Positions 48,254 through 56,703 of a stretch of DNA of 64,000 nt are shown piece after piece. Position numbers and translations under genes: made by a program. The notes under the pieces are model-generated. The model did no database searches, was not told the origin of the DNA, and was given only the letters and a program-made list of their open reading frames with translations. The stretch is taken from the NCBI GenBank assembly GCA_026003995.1, contig BPIG01000001.1, positions 505,444 through 569,443 of the forward strand. Reading direction: 5' to 3'. The DNA is from Tepidiforma sp. (lineage in GTDB: Bacteria; Chloroflexota; Dehalococcoidia; Tepidiformales; Tepidiformaceae). Each line of letters begins with the position of its first letter. Within the stretch, counting starts at the first letter, position 1.

Positions 48254-48762
48254 CCGGTCGAGCTCCCCCGGGCCGCGGCTGCCTCGATGGCGCGGAGGCC
48301 GAGGAGGCGGACGTCCTCGGCAACGTGCACGAGCGTACCATCGGGTGCCGGGAGCGCAACCGAAGCGGCGATCTCGTCGTAGGCGACCCAGCGGTGAGGG
48401 CCGTGGGGGATCGGGGCGGTGAAATCGACCTCGACGAGGGCACGGGTGAAGTAGACGTGGTCGATGTGCTGGTGGAAGGGCTGGTCGGGCCGGACGATGT
48501 CTTCGATGAGGATGACCGCCGGGGGCGGGAGGACGAGCGGGCGTTCGACCCGGAGCAGGCCGGGCGGCGGGATGACCTCGACATCCAGCCCCGCTTCTTC
48601 GCGGGCTTCGCGGAGGGCGCCCTGCACCGGGTCTTCGTTCGGTTCGAGGTGTCCGCCGGGCGGCAGCCACATCCGCAGGCCGCGGTGCCAGAGCAGGAGC
48701 GTGCGCTCGCCCGCGACGATGTAGGCGGTGGCCGTGTGGTGGCGCTCGACCGGGCCGGCCAT
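48247..48762 (-). CDS. NUDIX hydrolase
   Basis: Nudix box GGHLEPNEDPVQGALREAREEAGL. Start abuts the lysS stop, and its stop overlaps the serS start by 7 nt. Confidence 0.9.
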   Translation of the reverse strand: MAGPVERHHTATAYIVAGERTLLLWHRGLRMWLPPGGHLEPNEDPVQGALREAREEAGLDVEVIPPPGLLRVERPLVLPPPAVILIEDIVRPDQPFHQHIDHVYFTRALVEVDFTAPIPHGPHRWVAYDEIAASVALPAPDGTLVHVAEDVRLLGLRAIEAAAARGSSTGC

Positions 48763-50277
48763 TCAGTCCTCGATGGAGCGGACCGGCGGGAAGAGGATGA
48801 CCTCGCGGATGGAGGACTGGCCGGTCAGCAGCATGACGAGGCGGTCGATGCCCATCCCGAAGCCGCCGGTGGGCGGCATCCCGTGCTCGAGCGCGAAGAG
48901 GAAGTCTTCGTCGACGAGCTCCACTTCGTCGTCGCCGGCCGCCTTGAGGGCGAGCTGCTGCTCGAAGCGCTGGCGCTGGTCGAGCGGGTCGTTGAGCTCG
49001 GTGTAGGCGTTGCCGCATTCGAAGCCGGCGATGAAGCATTCGAACCGTTCGACGAGCCGGGGATTCCCGGGCTTCCGCTTCGCGAGCGGCGACAGCTCGA
49101 CCGGGTAGTCGAGGAGGAAGGTCGGCTGGATGAGGTTCGGTTCGACGTAGTGGGACATGGCTTCGTCGGCGAGCTTGCCATAGCCCATCTGGTCGGTCAC
49201 CGGGAGGCCGCGGCGGCGCAGCTCGGCGCGGAGGCTGTCGGCGTCGGTGAAGACATCGAGGTCGGGGCCGCCGTGCGCTTTCAGCGCCTCGAAGAACGTC
49301 ATGCGGCGCCACGGCGGCGCGAGGTCGATTTCCTGGCCGCGGAAGGTGATGGTCGTCGTGCCGAGGACCTGCCGCGCCACGGTGCTGATCATCTCCTCGG
49401 TCATCGCGGCAACGTCGTTGTAGTCGGCGTAGGCCTGGTACGACTCCAGCATCGTGAACTCGGGGTTGTGCTTGAAGCTCATCCCTTCGTTGCGGAAGTT
49501 GCGGCCGATCTCGTAGACCCGTTCGAAGCCGCCGACGAGCAGGCGCTTCAGGAAGAGCTCGAGGCTGATGCGCAGGACGCGGGGCTCATCGAGCGCGTTG
49601 AAGTGCGTCACGAACGGGCGGGCTGCGGCGCCGCCTTCGGTCACCTGCAGAATCGGGGTTTCGACCTCCATGAAACCGCGGTCGTCGAGGAAGCGGCGGA
49701 TCGCCGCGACGGTCTTGCTGCGGATTTCGAAGACGCGCCGGGTCTCCTCGTTTGCCATGAGGTCGAGGTAGCGGCGGCGCTGGCGAAGGTCGGGGTCGGC
49801 GAGACCGTGGTACTTCTCGGGCGGCGCGTGGAGCGCCTTGGCGAGCATCGTCCAGGAGCTGGCGGCGACGGTCGGCTGGCCGGTGCGGGTGCGGATGGGT
49901 ACACCGGTGAAGCCGACGAAGTCGCCGAGGTCGACCAGCCGGAGCAGGTCGTAGCCTTCGGTGGCGTTGGCGCGGAGGAGCACCTGCAGCCGGCCGGCGC
50001 CGTCGAGGATGTCGATGAACGTGGCTTTCCCCATGTCGCGGCGGGCCATGACGCGGCCAGCGACGCGGACTTCTACCCCTTCGGCTTCGCTCGCTTCGGG
50101 CGGGAGCGCTTCGACGATGGCGATGACCTCGCGGGAGGTGTGGGTGCGCTCCCAGCGGGGCGGGTAGGGGTCGATGCCGAGCCGGCGCAGCTCTTCGAGC
50201 TTCGCGATGCGCTGCGCGACGAGTTCATCCACGAGCGGCTCCTCCACGGAAACGGGCCGCTGGGGGCGGCCCGTCAC
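48763..50277 (-). CDS. lysS: lysyl-tRNA synthetase, class II
   Basis: 504 aa. OB-fold anticodon domain and class II motifs (FRNEG, GFGMGIDRLVMLL). Confidence 0.95.
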   Translation of the reverse strand: MTGRPQRPVSVEEPLVDELVAQRIAKLEELRRLGIDPYPPRWERTHTSREVIAIVEALPPEASEAEGVEVRVAGRVMARRDMGKATFIDILDGAGRLQVLLRANATEGYDLLRLVDLGDFVGFTGVPIRTRTGQPTVAASSWTMLAKALHAPPEKYHGLADPDLRQRRRYLDLMANEETRRVFEIRSKTVAAIRRFLDDRGFMEVETPILQVTEGGAAARPFVTHFNALDEPRVLRISLELFLKRLLVGGFERVYEIGRNFRNEGMSFKHNPEFTMLESYQAYADYNDVAAMTEEMISTVARQVLGTTTITFRGQEIDLAPPWRRMTFFEALKAHGGPDLDVFTDADSLRAELRRRGLPVTDQMGYGKLADEAMSHYVEPNLIQPTFLLDYPVELSPLAKRKPGNPRLVERFECFIAGFECGNAYTELNDPLDQRQRFEQQLALKAAGDDEVELVDEDFLFALEHGMPPTGGFGMGIDRLVMLLTGQSSIREVILFPPVRSIED

Positions 50278-50312
50278 AAGCTGCGCTTTCGATTGTGCGC
50301 GCGGGGTGCGGC

Positions 50313-50780
50313 TCAGTCGATCTTGAGGACTTTGAGCTTGATGACGCCCTTCGGCACGTTGACGGAAACGACGTCGCCGACGGCTTTGCCCAGGAGGGCC
50401 GTGCCGACCGGCGAATCGTTCGAGATTTTGCCGTTGAGGGGGTCGGCCTCGGGGCCGCCGACGATGCGGTAGGTGCGGACCGTGCCGTCCTGGTCGACTT
50501 CGACGGTGGAGCCGACCATCACGCGGCCGGCGCTGTGGGCGGCTTCTTCGTCGATGATCTTGGCGCGGCGGAGGATGTCCTCGATCTCGAGGATGCGGCC
50601 TTCGACACGGCCCTGCTCGAGCTTGGCGTCGTCGTACTCGGCGTCGGCCTGGCTGGTGCCCTGCTCCTGGGCGTTGTGGATCATTTCCGCCACTTCGCGC
50701 CGCCGAATCCGCAGCTGCTCGAGCTCCTGCTCGAGCTTTGCTTTTCCTTCACGGGTGAGCGGAACGGGCTTTTCCATCAT
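50313..50780 (-). CDS. greA: transcription elongation factor GreA
   Basis: 155 aa. N-terminal coiled coil with acidic tip (DAEYDDAK) and C-terminal FKBP-like domain. Confidence 0.93.
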   Translation of the reverse strand: MMEKPVPLTREGKAKLEQELEQLRIRRREVAEMIHNAQEQGTSQADAEYDDAKLEQGRVEGRILEIEDILRRAKIIDEEAAHSAGRVMVGSTVEVDQDGTVRTYRIVGGPEADPLNGKISNDSPVGTALLGKAVGDVVSVNVPKGVIKLKVLKID

Positions 50781-50898
50781 GTCGTACCCTACGGTTGCCG
50801 CGCGACAACAAATGAACTGAGGCCGCGCGTTGCCTCAGTTCCGCCGAAAGTATACCGACGGCGGAGAAGGCGCGGCAATCGCCGCGACGGGGAGACGC

Positions 50899-52119
50899 AT
50901 GACGAGTGAATCCGGGGAGCCGGGACCGGGCGGGCGCGTCTGGCGGCCGCCGCCGGGCGATGAGGGGCTCGCGGCGCGCGGTGAGACGCCTCCTGCCGAG
51001 CCCGCGGCCGCCCCGCCCGCTGCACCGGCGCCGCCCTCGAGCCGCAGCGGCCCCGGCTGGCTCGCGCTCGCACTCGCGGTCGTCGCGGCGGCGCTCGGCG
51101 GCGGCATCGCCGGCGGGCTGCTCGTGCTCCAGTTCGGGGACGAGGGCGACGGCGCGGGCCAGCCGGGCGGGTCCGCGGGGGCCGTGGTCGAGGTCGACAT
51201 CACCTCGGCGGTAACGGATGCCGTCCAGAAGGCGCGCCCGGCCGTGGTCCGGGTCGAGAGCGCGACGCGGCGGACGTTCGACGTCGGCAGCGGCGTCGTC
51301 ATCAGCGCGGAGGGGTACATCCTGACGAATGCGCACGTGGTGATGGGCACGGACCAGCTGAAGGTCGTGTTCGCTGACGGCTCCGAGCGGCCGGCCGTGC
51401 TCATCGGCCACGACTATCCGTTCAACGACATCGCCGTGCTGCAGGTGGCGCCGGTCGGGCTCACGGTGATGGAGGCAGCCGATTCGGACGCCCTGCAGCC
51501 GGGCGAGACCGTCATCGCCATCGGCAACCCTCTCGGCGAGCTGTACGGGTCGGTGACGGTCGGCGTGGTCAGCGGGCTGAACCGGTCGCGGCTGCTCGAC
51601 GGCGTCCGGCACGACGACATCATCCAGACCGATGCGGCGGTGAACAGCGGGAACAGCGGTGGGGCGCTGGTCAACCTCGCCGGCCAGCTGGTCGGCATCC
51701 CGACGACCATCCTGCGGCAATCGGGGACCGGTCAGCCGGTCGAAGGCGTGGCTTTCGCGATTCCTTCGAACCGCGCGCTCGAGGTCGCGAACCGCATCAT
51801 CGCGGCGCGGGGCCCCATCGCGCGGCCGTCGCTCGAACTGGAGCACATCGACCTGAATGAGGAGGTCGCCGCGCGGCTGCCGGCGCTGGCCGTCAGCTCC
51901 GGGGCCGTCGTACTGACGATCGTACAGGGCGGGGCGGCGGCACAGGCGGGCATCCGGGCCGGGGACGTCATTGTCCAGTTCGGCGATGACGTCATCGACG
52001 CCCGCACGCCGCTCCTGAACGCGCTGGCGGGGCATCAGCCGGGCGAGACGGTCAAAGTTGTCCTCAATCGGAATGGCCGGATAATCGAGGCCGAGGTTCG
52101 CCTTGCGAAACGGTCATAG
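50899..52119 (+). CDS. htrA: HtrA/DegP-family S1C serine protease with PDZ domain
   Basis: TM anchor, catalytic H (ILTNAHVV), D, and S (GNSGGALVN), with a C-terminal PDZ (GIRAGDVIVQFGD). ATG 50830 is an alternative start. Confidence 0.9.
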   Translation: MTSESGEPGPGGRVWRPPPGDEGLAARGETPPAEPAAAPPAAPAPPSSRSGPGWLALALAVVAAALGGGIAGGLLVLQFGDEGDGAGQPGGSAGAVVEVDITSAVTDAVQKARPAVVRVESATRRTFDVGSGVVISAEGYILTNAHVVMGTDQLKVVFADGSERPAVLIGHDYPFNDIAVLQVAPVGLTVMEAADSDALQPGETVIAIGNPLGELYGSVTVGVVSGLNRSRLLDGVRHDDIIQTDAAVNSGNSGGALVNLAGQLVGIPTTILRQSGTGQPVEGVAFAIPSNRALEVANRIIAARGPIARPSLELEHIDLNEEVAARLPALAVSSGAVVLTIVQGGAAAQAGIRAGDVIVQFGDDVIDARTPLLNALAGHQPGETVKVVLNRNGRIIEAEVRLAKRS

Positions 52120-52140
52120 GCATCCGAACGCCCCCGGGGA

Positions 52141-53856
52141 GTGGCTTCGCCGATGATGCGGGGAGGCGGGCGCCTGCCGTGGGGGGCCGGCGGAGCGAGC
52201 CAGCCGCTCGGGGGGCGGGGCGGCCAGCGGCCGCTCGGGCGCATCATCGGGCTCGGGGCGATCCTCGTCGGCATCGCGCTCCTCGGCTGGTTCGCCTTTG
52301 GGCGCATCTGCGGCAGCGACAGCTGTGTCGACGTCTACTGCCCGTCGGACCGGGACATCGCAGCGCCGGAAGGCTACGAGTTCGCCTCGCGCATCTTCGA
52401 GCTGAACCCCAAGGCGACTGCGGTCCAGCCCGGGTTCGACCTGCAGGTCCAGGCGGCGCTCCTGAAACCCGCGGCCGATGGGCGGATGCTCAGCTTCTTC
52501 CGGTACGACGAAGGCGCGCAGCGCTGGGAGCCGGTCGCGCCGGCGGTGCCCGATGCGCAGGGCACCGTGGTTACCGGAACCTTCAAAGATGCGCCGCCGG
52601 TCATCGCCGTGCTGCGCCGGAACACGCCGGCCGGCGAGGTCGTCGCGTACCTGCCGCACAACGCGAATCTCCACCCGCAGGCCGCACCGCACGTGACGAT
52701 CGTGCACCCCATCGACTTCGCGCCTGCGGCCGACGGCGGCGTGGCCGGCGAGCTGAGCCGGACGGTCGCGCGGACGGCGACCTACGAGGTGTACCCCGTC
52801 ATCGCGGCGAATGCGTCGGTGGCAGGGCAGGTCGCAGTGGTCGAGACGCTGCTGGCAGACGCCCGTTCGCGCACGAACCACGTCCAGCAGATCGTCGCGA
52901 AGGCGAACGAGGCCGGCGTGAACGGCATCGACATCGCCTACCTCGACCTCCCGGCGACGCAGCGGACCTCGTTCACGCTGTTCATCGGCGAGCTGGCGGG
53001 GGCGCTGCACGGCCAGGGGAAGAAGCTAACGGTCACGCTCCCTTCGCCCATCAAGACGCAAAACCGCATCGACGAGGGCGCGTACGACTTCCAGGCGATT
53101 GCCGCACAGGCCGACCTCGTGAAGATCGCGCCGTACCGCGACCAGGCCACCTACCGGCTCGTCATGCCGGAGGTGCTCCGCTACCTCGCGGAGCGGGTGC
53201 CGCCTTCGAAGCTCGTGCTGACCGTCTCGCCGTACGCGACGGAGACGGGCGGGGAGACCATCAACCGGCTGACGCTGGTCGACGCGATGAACATCGCCAC
53301 CCGCATCTCGGTGCGCGCGCAGGCGGATGCCATCACGACCAGCACGCAGGTGGACGTGGCAGGGACGAATATCGACCGCGACGAAGGGCTCACCGGGCTG
53401 CGCTGGTATCCCGAAACGGCGACCGTCGCGTTCAGCTACAAGCAGCCGCAGGGCGGCGGCAGCCGGACGATCTACCTCGAGAACGTCTTCAGCATCGGGT
53501 TCAAGCTCGAGCTCATTCCGACGTTCAAGCTGGGCGGCGTGGCAATCGAAGACGCCTCGGAGAACGTGCTGCTCGGCGACATCTGGCCGGCGATCATCCC
53601 GTTCGTCACGAGCGGGCTGCCAACGCTCCAGCAGCCGAACGCTGACGACCTGAAGCCGCGCTGGGCCGTCAGCAGCGGGACCATCGAGGACACCGGCCGC
53701 GGGTCGGCGCGATGGTTCACGCCGTCGGAGCCCGGCACGTACAAGGTCACGCTCACGCTGAGCGACGGCGTCGCGCTGTTCGAGAACTCGGTCGATGTGA
53801 CGGTCCGGGCACGGCCTGCGGCGGGCGCCACACCGTCGCCAACGGCGAGGCCCTGA
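52141..53856 (+). CDS. membrane-anchored glycoside hydrolase family 18-like protein with C-terminal Ig/PKD-like domain
   Basis: N-terminal TM (IIGLGAILVGIALLGWFAF). TIM-barrel-like core with GVNGIDIAYLDL in the position of the GH18 DxxDxDxE strand; the catalytic Glu is not evident. C-terminal TYKVTLTLSDG beta-sandwich. Confidence 0.6.
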   Translation: MASPMMRGGGRLPWGAGGASQPLGGRGGQRPLGRIIGLGAILVGIALLGWFAFGRICGSDSCVDVYCPSDRDIAAPEGYEFASRIFELNPKATAVQPGFDLQVQAALLKPAADGRMLSFFRYDEGAQRWEPVAPAVPDAQGTVVTGTFKDAPPVIAVLRRNTPAGEVVAYLPHNANLHPQAAPHVTIVHPIDFAPAADGGVAGELSRTVARTATYEVYPVIAANASVAGQVAVVETLLADARSRTNHVQQIVAKANEAGVNGIDIAYLDLPATQRTSFTLFIGELAGALHGQGKKLTVTLPSPIKTQNRIDEGAYDFQAIAAQADLVKIAPYRDQATYRLVMPEVLRYLAERVPPSKLVLTVSPYATETGGETINRLTLVDAMNIATRISVRAQADAITTSTQVDVAGTNIDRDEGLTGLRWYPETATVAFSYKQPQGGGSRTIYLENVFSIGFKLELIPTFKLGGVAIEDASENVLLGDIWPAIIPFVTSGLPTLQQPNADDLKPRWAVSSGTIEDTGRGSARWFTPSEPGTYKVTLTLSDGVALFENSVDVTVRARPAAGATPSPTARP

Positions 53857-54416
53857 TGGCCGGGCGCGGGGTGCGCGTGGCGGGCGGAGTCGCCCGCGGG
53901 GTGCCGCTGGTGGAGCCCCGCGGAGTGCGGCTGCGGCCGACCTCCGGGCTGGTGCGCGAGGCCATCTTCAACATCCTCGGGCGCGCGGTGGAGGATGCGC
54001 GCGTGCTCGACCTGTACGCCGGCACGGGCGCGCTCGGCATCGAGGCGCTCAGCCGCGGCGCTGCGCACGCCACGTTCGTCGAAGGCGAAGCCGCCTGCAC
54101 GGAGGCGATCCTCCAGAGCCTCGCGCGGACCGGGCTCGGCGAGCGTGCGACGGTGCTGCGCGGGCGCATCCCGGCCGCGCTCACGCGGCTCGAAGGGCCG
54201 TTCGACCTGATCTTCATGGACCCGCCGTACGACGACCCCGCGAAAGAAGAAGTGCTGGCCGGGCTGGCGCCCCTGCTGGCGCCGGGCGGGCGCGTCGTCT
54301 TCGAGCATGGAAGCCGGTACAATCCGCCGGTGCGCCCCCGAGGGCTCCAGCTCCTCGAGCGGCGCACCTACGGCGATACCGCCGTCGCGCTGTACAGCCA
54401 CCTGGAGGGCGAATGA
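53856..54416 (+). CDS. rsmD: 16S rRNA (guanine966-N2)-methyltransferase
   Basis: RPTSGLVREAIFNIL, DLYAGTGALGIEALSRGA, DPPY. ATG overlaps the previous TGA (TGATG). Confidence 0.88.
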   Translation: MAGRGVRVAGGVARGVPLVEPRGVRLRPTSGLVREAIFNILGRAVEDARVLDLYAGTGALGIEALSRGAAHATFVEGEAACTEAILQSLARTGLGERATVLRGRIPAALTRLEGPFDLIFMDPPYDDPAKEEVLAGLAPLLAPGGRVVFEHGSRYNPPVRPRGLQLLERRTYGDTAVALYSHLEGE

Positions 54417-54895
54417 GGATCGCAGTCTACCCGGGCGGGTTCGACCCGGTGACGAATGGGCATCTCGACCTGATCGTGCGGATGACGCACCTCTTCGACC
54501 GCGTCATCGTGGCCGTCGTGAAGGGCCGCGACAAGGCGACGATGTTCACTTGGGAAGAGCGGATCGCGATGGTGAAGCAGGCGGTCGAGAACCTGCCAAC
54601 GGTCGAGGTCGAAGGGTTCGATGAGATGACCGTCGAATTCGCCAAGCGCAAAGGGGCGGTGGCCATCGTGCGCGGGATCCGGGCGGTGAGCGATTTCGAA
54701 GTCGAATTCGACATGGCGATGATGAACCGGAAGATGGCGCCGCACCTCGAATCGGTGTTCCTGATGGCGAACCAGGAGTTCCTCTACATCAGCGCGAGCC
54801 GGATCCGGGAGGTTTCGCGCCTGGGCTACGATGTCGCAGACCTGGTGCCGCCGCACGTGCGGACCGCGCTGCGGCGGAAGCTCGGACAGGAGTAA
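54413..54895 (+). CDS. coaD: phosphopantetheine adenylyltransferase
   Basis: MRIAVYPGGFDPVTNGHLD (T/HxGH), ISASRIRE. 160 aa. 4-nt overlap with rsmD. Confidence 0.95.
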   Translation: MRIAVYPGGFDPVTNGHLDLIVRMTHLFDRVIVAVVKGRDKATMFTWEERIAMVKQAVENLPTVEVEGFDEMTVEFAKRKGAVAIVRGIRAVSDFEVEFDMAMMNRKMAPHLESVFLMANQEFLYISASRIREVSRLGYDVADLVPPHVRTALRRKLGQE

Positions 54896-54898
54896 CCC

Positions 54899-55435
54899 TT
54901 GAGCCCGGAGGGGGCGCAGCTGGAGTTCCTCGAGCTGATCGACGGGCTCGAACAGCTCGTCCTCGAATCCCGGCGGCTCCCGGTGGGCGGCAACCTGGTG
55001 GTCGACCGGCGGCGGCTGCTGGACCTCATCGACCAGCTTCGCCTGGCGATCCCGGCGGACCTGCGGCAGGCTCAGCAGATTCTCGAGGCGCGGACGCAGA
55101 TCATCGATGATGCCCACCTGAGCGCGCGGAGGACGATGGAGCGCGCCGAGCAGGAGCGCGCGCGGCTCATCGAAGAGCACGCCATCACGCGGGCGGCCGA
55201 GGAGCGGGCGCAGCAGCTGCTCATGGACGCGGAGGCGCGGGCGCGCCAGATCGTCGCCGAGGCTGACGCGACTGCGGCGGCGCACCTGAGCGAAGCGGCA
55301 GAGGCGACCCGCCAGGAGCTCGAGAACCTCAACCGGTATACGCGCGAAGTGCTGCTGCGGCTGGACCGGCTGCTCACCCAGCTCCAGGGATCGGTGCGGG
55401 AAAACCTCGAACAGCTCGACCGCGAGCAAAACTGA
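54899..55435 (+). CDS. hypothetical coiled-coil protein (ATP synthase b / DivIVA-like heptads)
   Basis: 178 aa with a TTG start. Long Ala/Glu/Arg/Gln-rich helical repeats. Co-transcribed position after coaD. Confidence 0.6.
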   Translation: MSPEGAQLEFLELIDGLEQLVLESRRLPVGGNLVVDRRRLLDLIDQLRLAIPADLRQAQQILEARTQIIDDAHLSARRTMERAEQERARLIEEHAITRAAEERAQQLLMDAEARARQIVAEADATAAAHLSEAAEATRQELENLNRYTREVLLRLDRLLTQLQGSVRENLEQLDREQN

Positions 55436-55462
55436 ACGACTGCAGCGGCTCCAGCACGTCAT

Positions 55463-55491
55463 TTCCCGCTTTCACGAGGGCGGGATATAGT
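55463..55491 (+). promoter_or_regulatory. candidate promoter (TTCCCG-17-TATAGT) overlapping a small hairpin
   Basis: TATAGT at 55486-55491 in a locally AT-richer patch. TCCCGC (55464-55469) and GCGGGA (55480-55485) form a stem. Lies 50 nt upstream of ATG 55541. Confidence 0.3.
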
Positions 55492-55540
55492 ACGTGCTAA
55501 GCAACATCACCCGGGTTTCCTGGAGCACCGCCGGAGGAAC

Positions 55541-55801
55541 ATGGACATGGCCGAGTTTTCCGTCATCAAGGATTCGGAAGCTCCGCGGCCTGCACGGCAA
55601 ACTGGCCGCCTTGCAGCCCGCATGCGCGAGTACGAGAAATACGTGGAGCAAGTTCCGCAGGGAAAGGCGGGAAAACTCGTTCCCGCGCGCGGTGAAACGC
55701 CGCGGGCGATCGCGATGCGCATCAGCAGGGCCGCGCGGCGCATCGGCAAGACGGCGAATACGTGGGTCGTGGATGGGGTCGTCTATTTCACTGTCGCCTG
55801 A
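55541..55801 (+). CDS. hypothetical small basic protein (86 aa)
   Basis: GGAGGAAC precedes ATG 55541, and a strong hairpin follows the stop. No family recognised. Confidence 0.55.
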   Translation: MDMAEFSVIKDSEAPRPARQTGRLAARMREYEKYVEQVPQGKAGKLVPARGETPRAIAMRISRAARRIGKTANTWVVDGVVYFTVA

Positions 55802-55840
55802 ATGGCGCTGTTCACGCTGACGCCGGGCCGAACGACACAA

Positions 55841-55874
55841 CGAAGGGGGTTCGTCAATCGACGAACCCCCTTCG
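55841..55874. terminator. bidirectional 15-bp perfect stem-loop between convergent genes
   Basis: CGAAGGGGGTTCGTC, loop AATC, GACGAACCCCCTTCG. Confidence 0.65.
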
Positions 55875-55905
55875 CTCGTGCGCGGCGTTCAGCCTGAGTG
55901 AGCGC

Positions 55906-56565
55906 TCAGCGACGCTCGGCAGTCACCGGTTCGGCATCGCTGGAGACGAGTGCGAATGACGGCGCTTCCCGCCGGGCCGGGCGCGGCGCGGGAGACGGTG
56001 CATCGGCAGGCGCGGGCTCGGCCGACCGCGCAGCAGGCCGGGTAACGATATCCGCCGCTTTCTGGGTGGTATCGACGTTGCCGGAGATGGACGCGCCTTC
56101 TTCGACGACGAGGATGGGGGCGCGGATGGTGCCGGTGACGACGGCGGTCGCGGCGATAGTGAGGCGGCCGGAGCACACGATGTCGCCCTCGAGACGGCCT
56201 TTCACGAGCGCTTCGCGCGCCTGGACGCGCGCGCGGGCGGAAGCATCCTTCTCGAGCGTGAGCGTGCCGCGGCAGATCACTTCGCCGCTGATGGCCCCTT
56301 CGATGCGCAGGTCCTGCTCGGTTTCGAAGCGTCCATCGAACGACGAATGCCGGTCGATGACGCTCTCGCTGCGGACCGGGGCCTCGGCGCGCGGTTCATC
56401 CGGGCGAGACGGCGCCACGCCCGCTCGGGGCGCGATGCCGCGGCTGTAGGCGGCCTCCGGCGCGGATTCGGCGTAGGGGTCATGCTCCGCGGCCGGGCGC
56501 TCGCGGTCGTACCGTGCGACGGTCTCCGGATAGGCGGCGTCGCGGGGATTCTTCTTGATTTGCAT
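55906..56565 (-). CDS. bactofilin (polymer-forming cytoskeletal protein, DUF583)
   Basis: ATG 56565 follows AGGAGGG. Beta-helical core IEGAISGEVICRGTLTLEKDASARARVQAREALVKGRLEGDIVCSGRLTIAATAVVTGTIRAPILVVEEGASISGNV with Pro/Ala-rich termini. Confidence 0.82.
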   Translation of the reverse strand: MQIKKNPRDAAYPETVARYDRERPAAEHDPYAESAPEAAYSRGIAPRAGVAPSRPDEPRAEAPVRSESVIDRHSSFDGRFETEQDLRIEGAISGEVICRGTLTLEKDASARARVQAREALVKGRLEGDIVCSGRLTIAATAVVTGTIRAPILVVEEGASISGNVDTTQKAADIVTRPAARSAEPAPADAPSPAPRPARREAPSFALVSSDAEPVTAERR

Positions 56566-56703
56566 GGGCCCTCCTGGGGCGGCGCGCGATTGCGGGGTGC
56601 GCACAGCCTCCTCGGGGCAACCGTACTGCCCCGGCAACCGAACGTCCACCCGGCAATGTAAATTCCCGGTGATTTTCGAACCTGAACGAAACGCTAAACG
56701 ACG

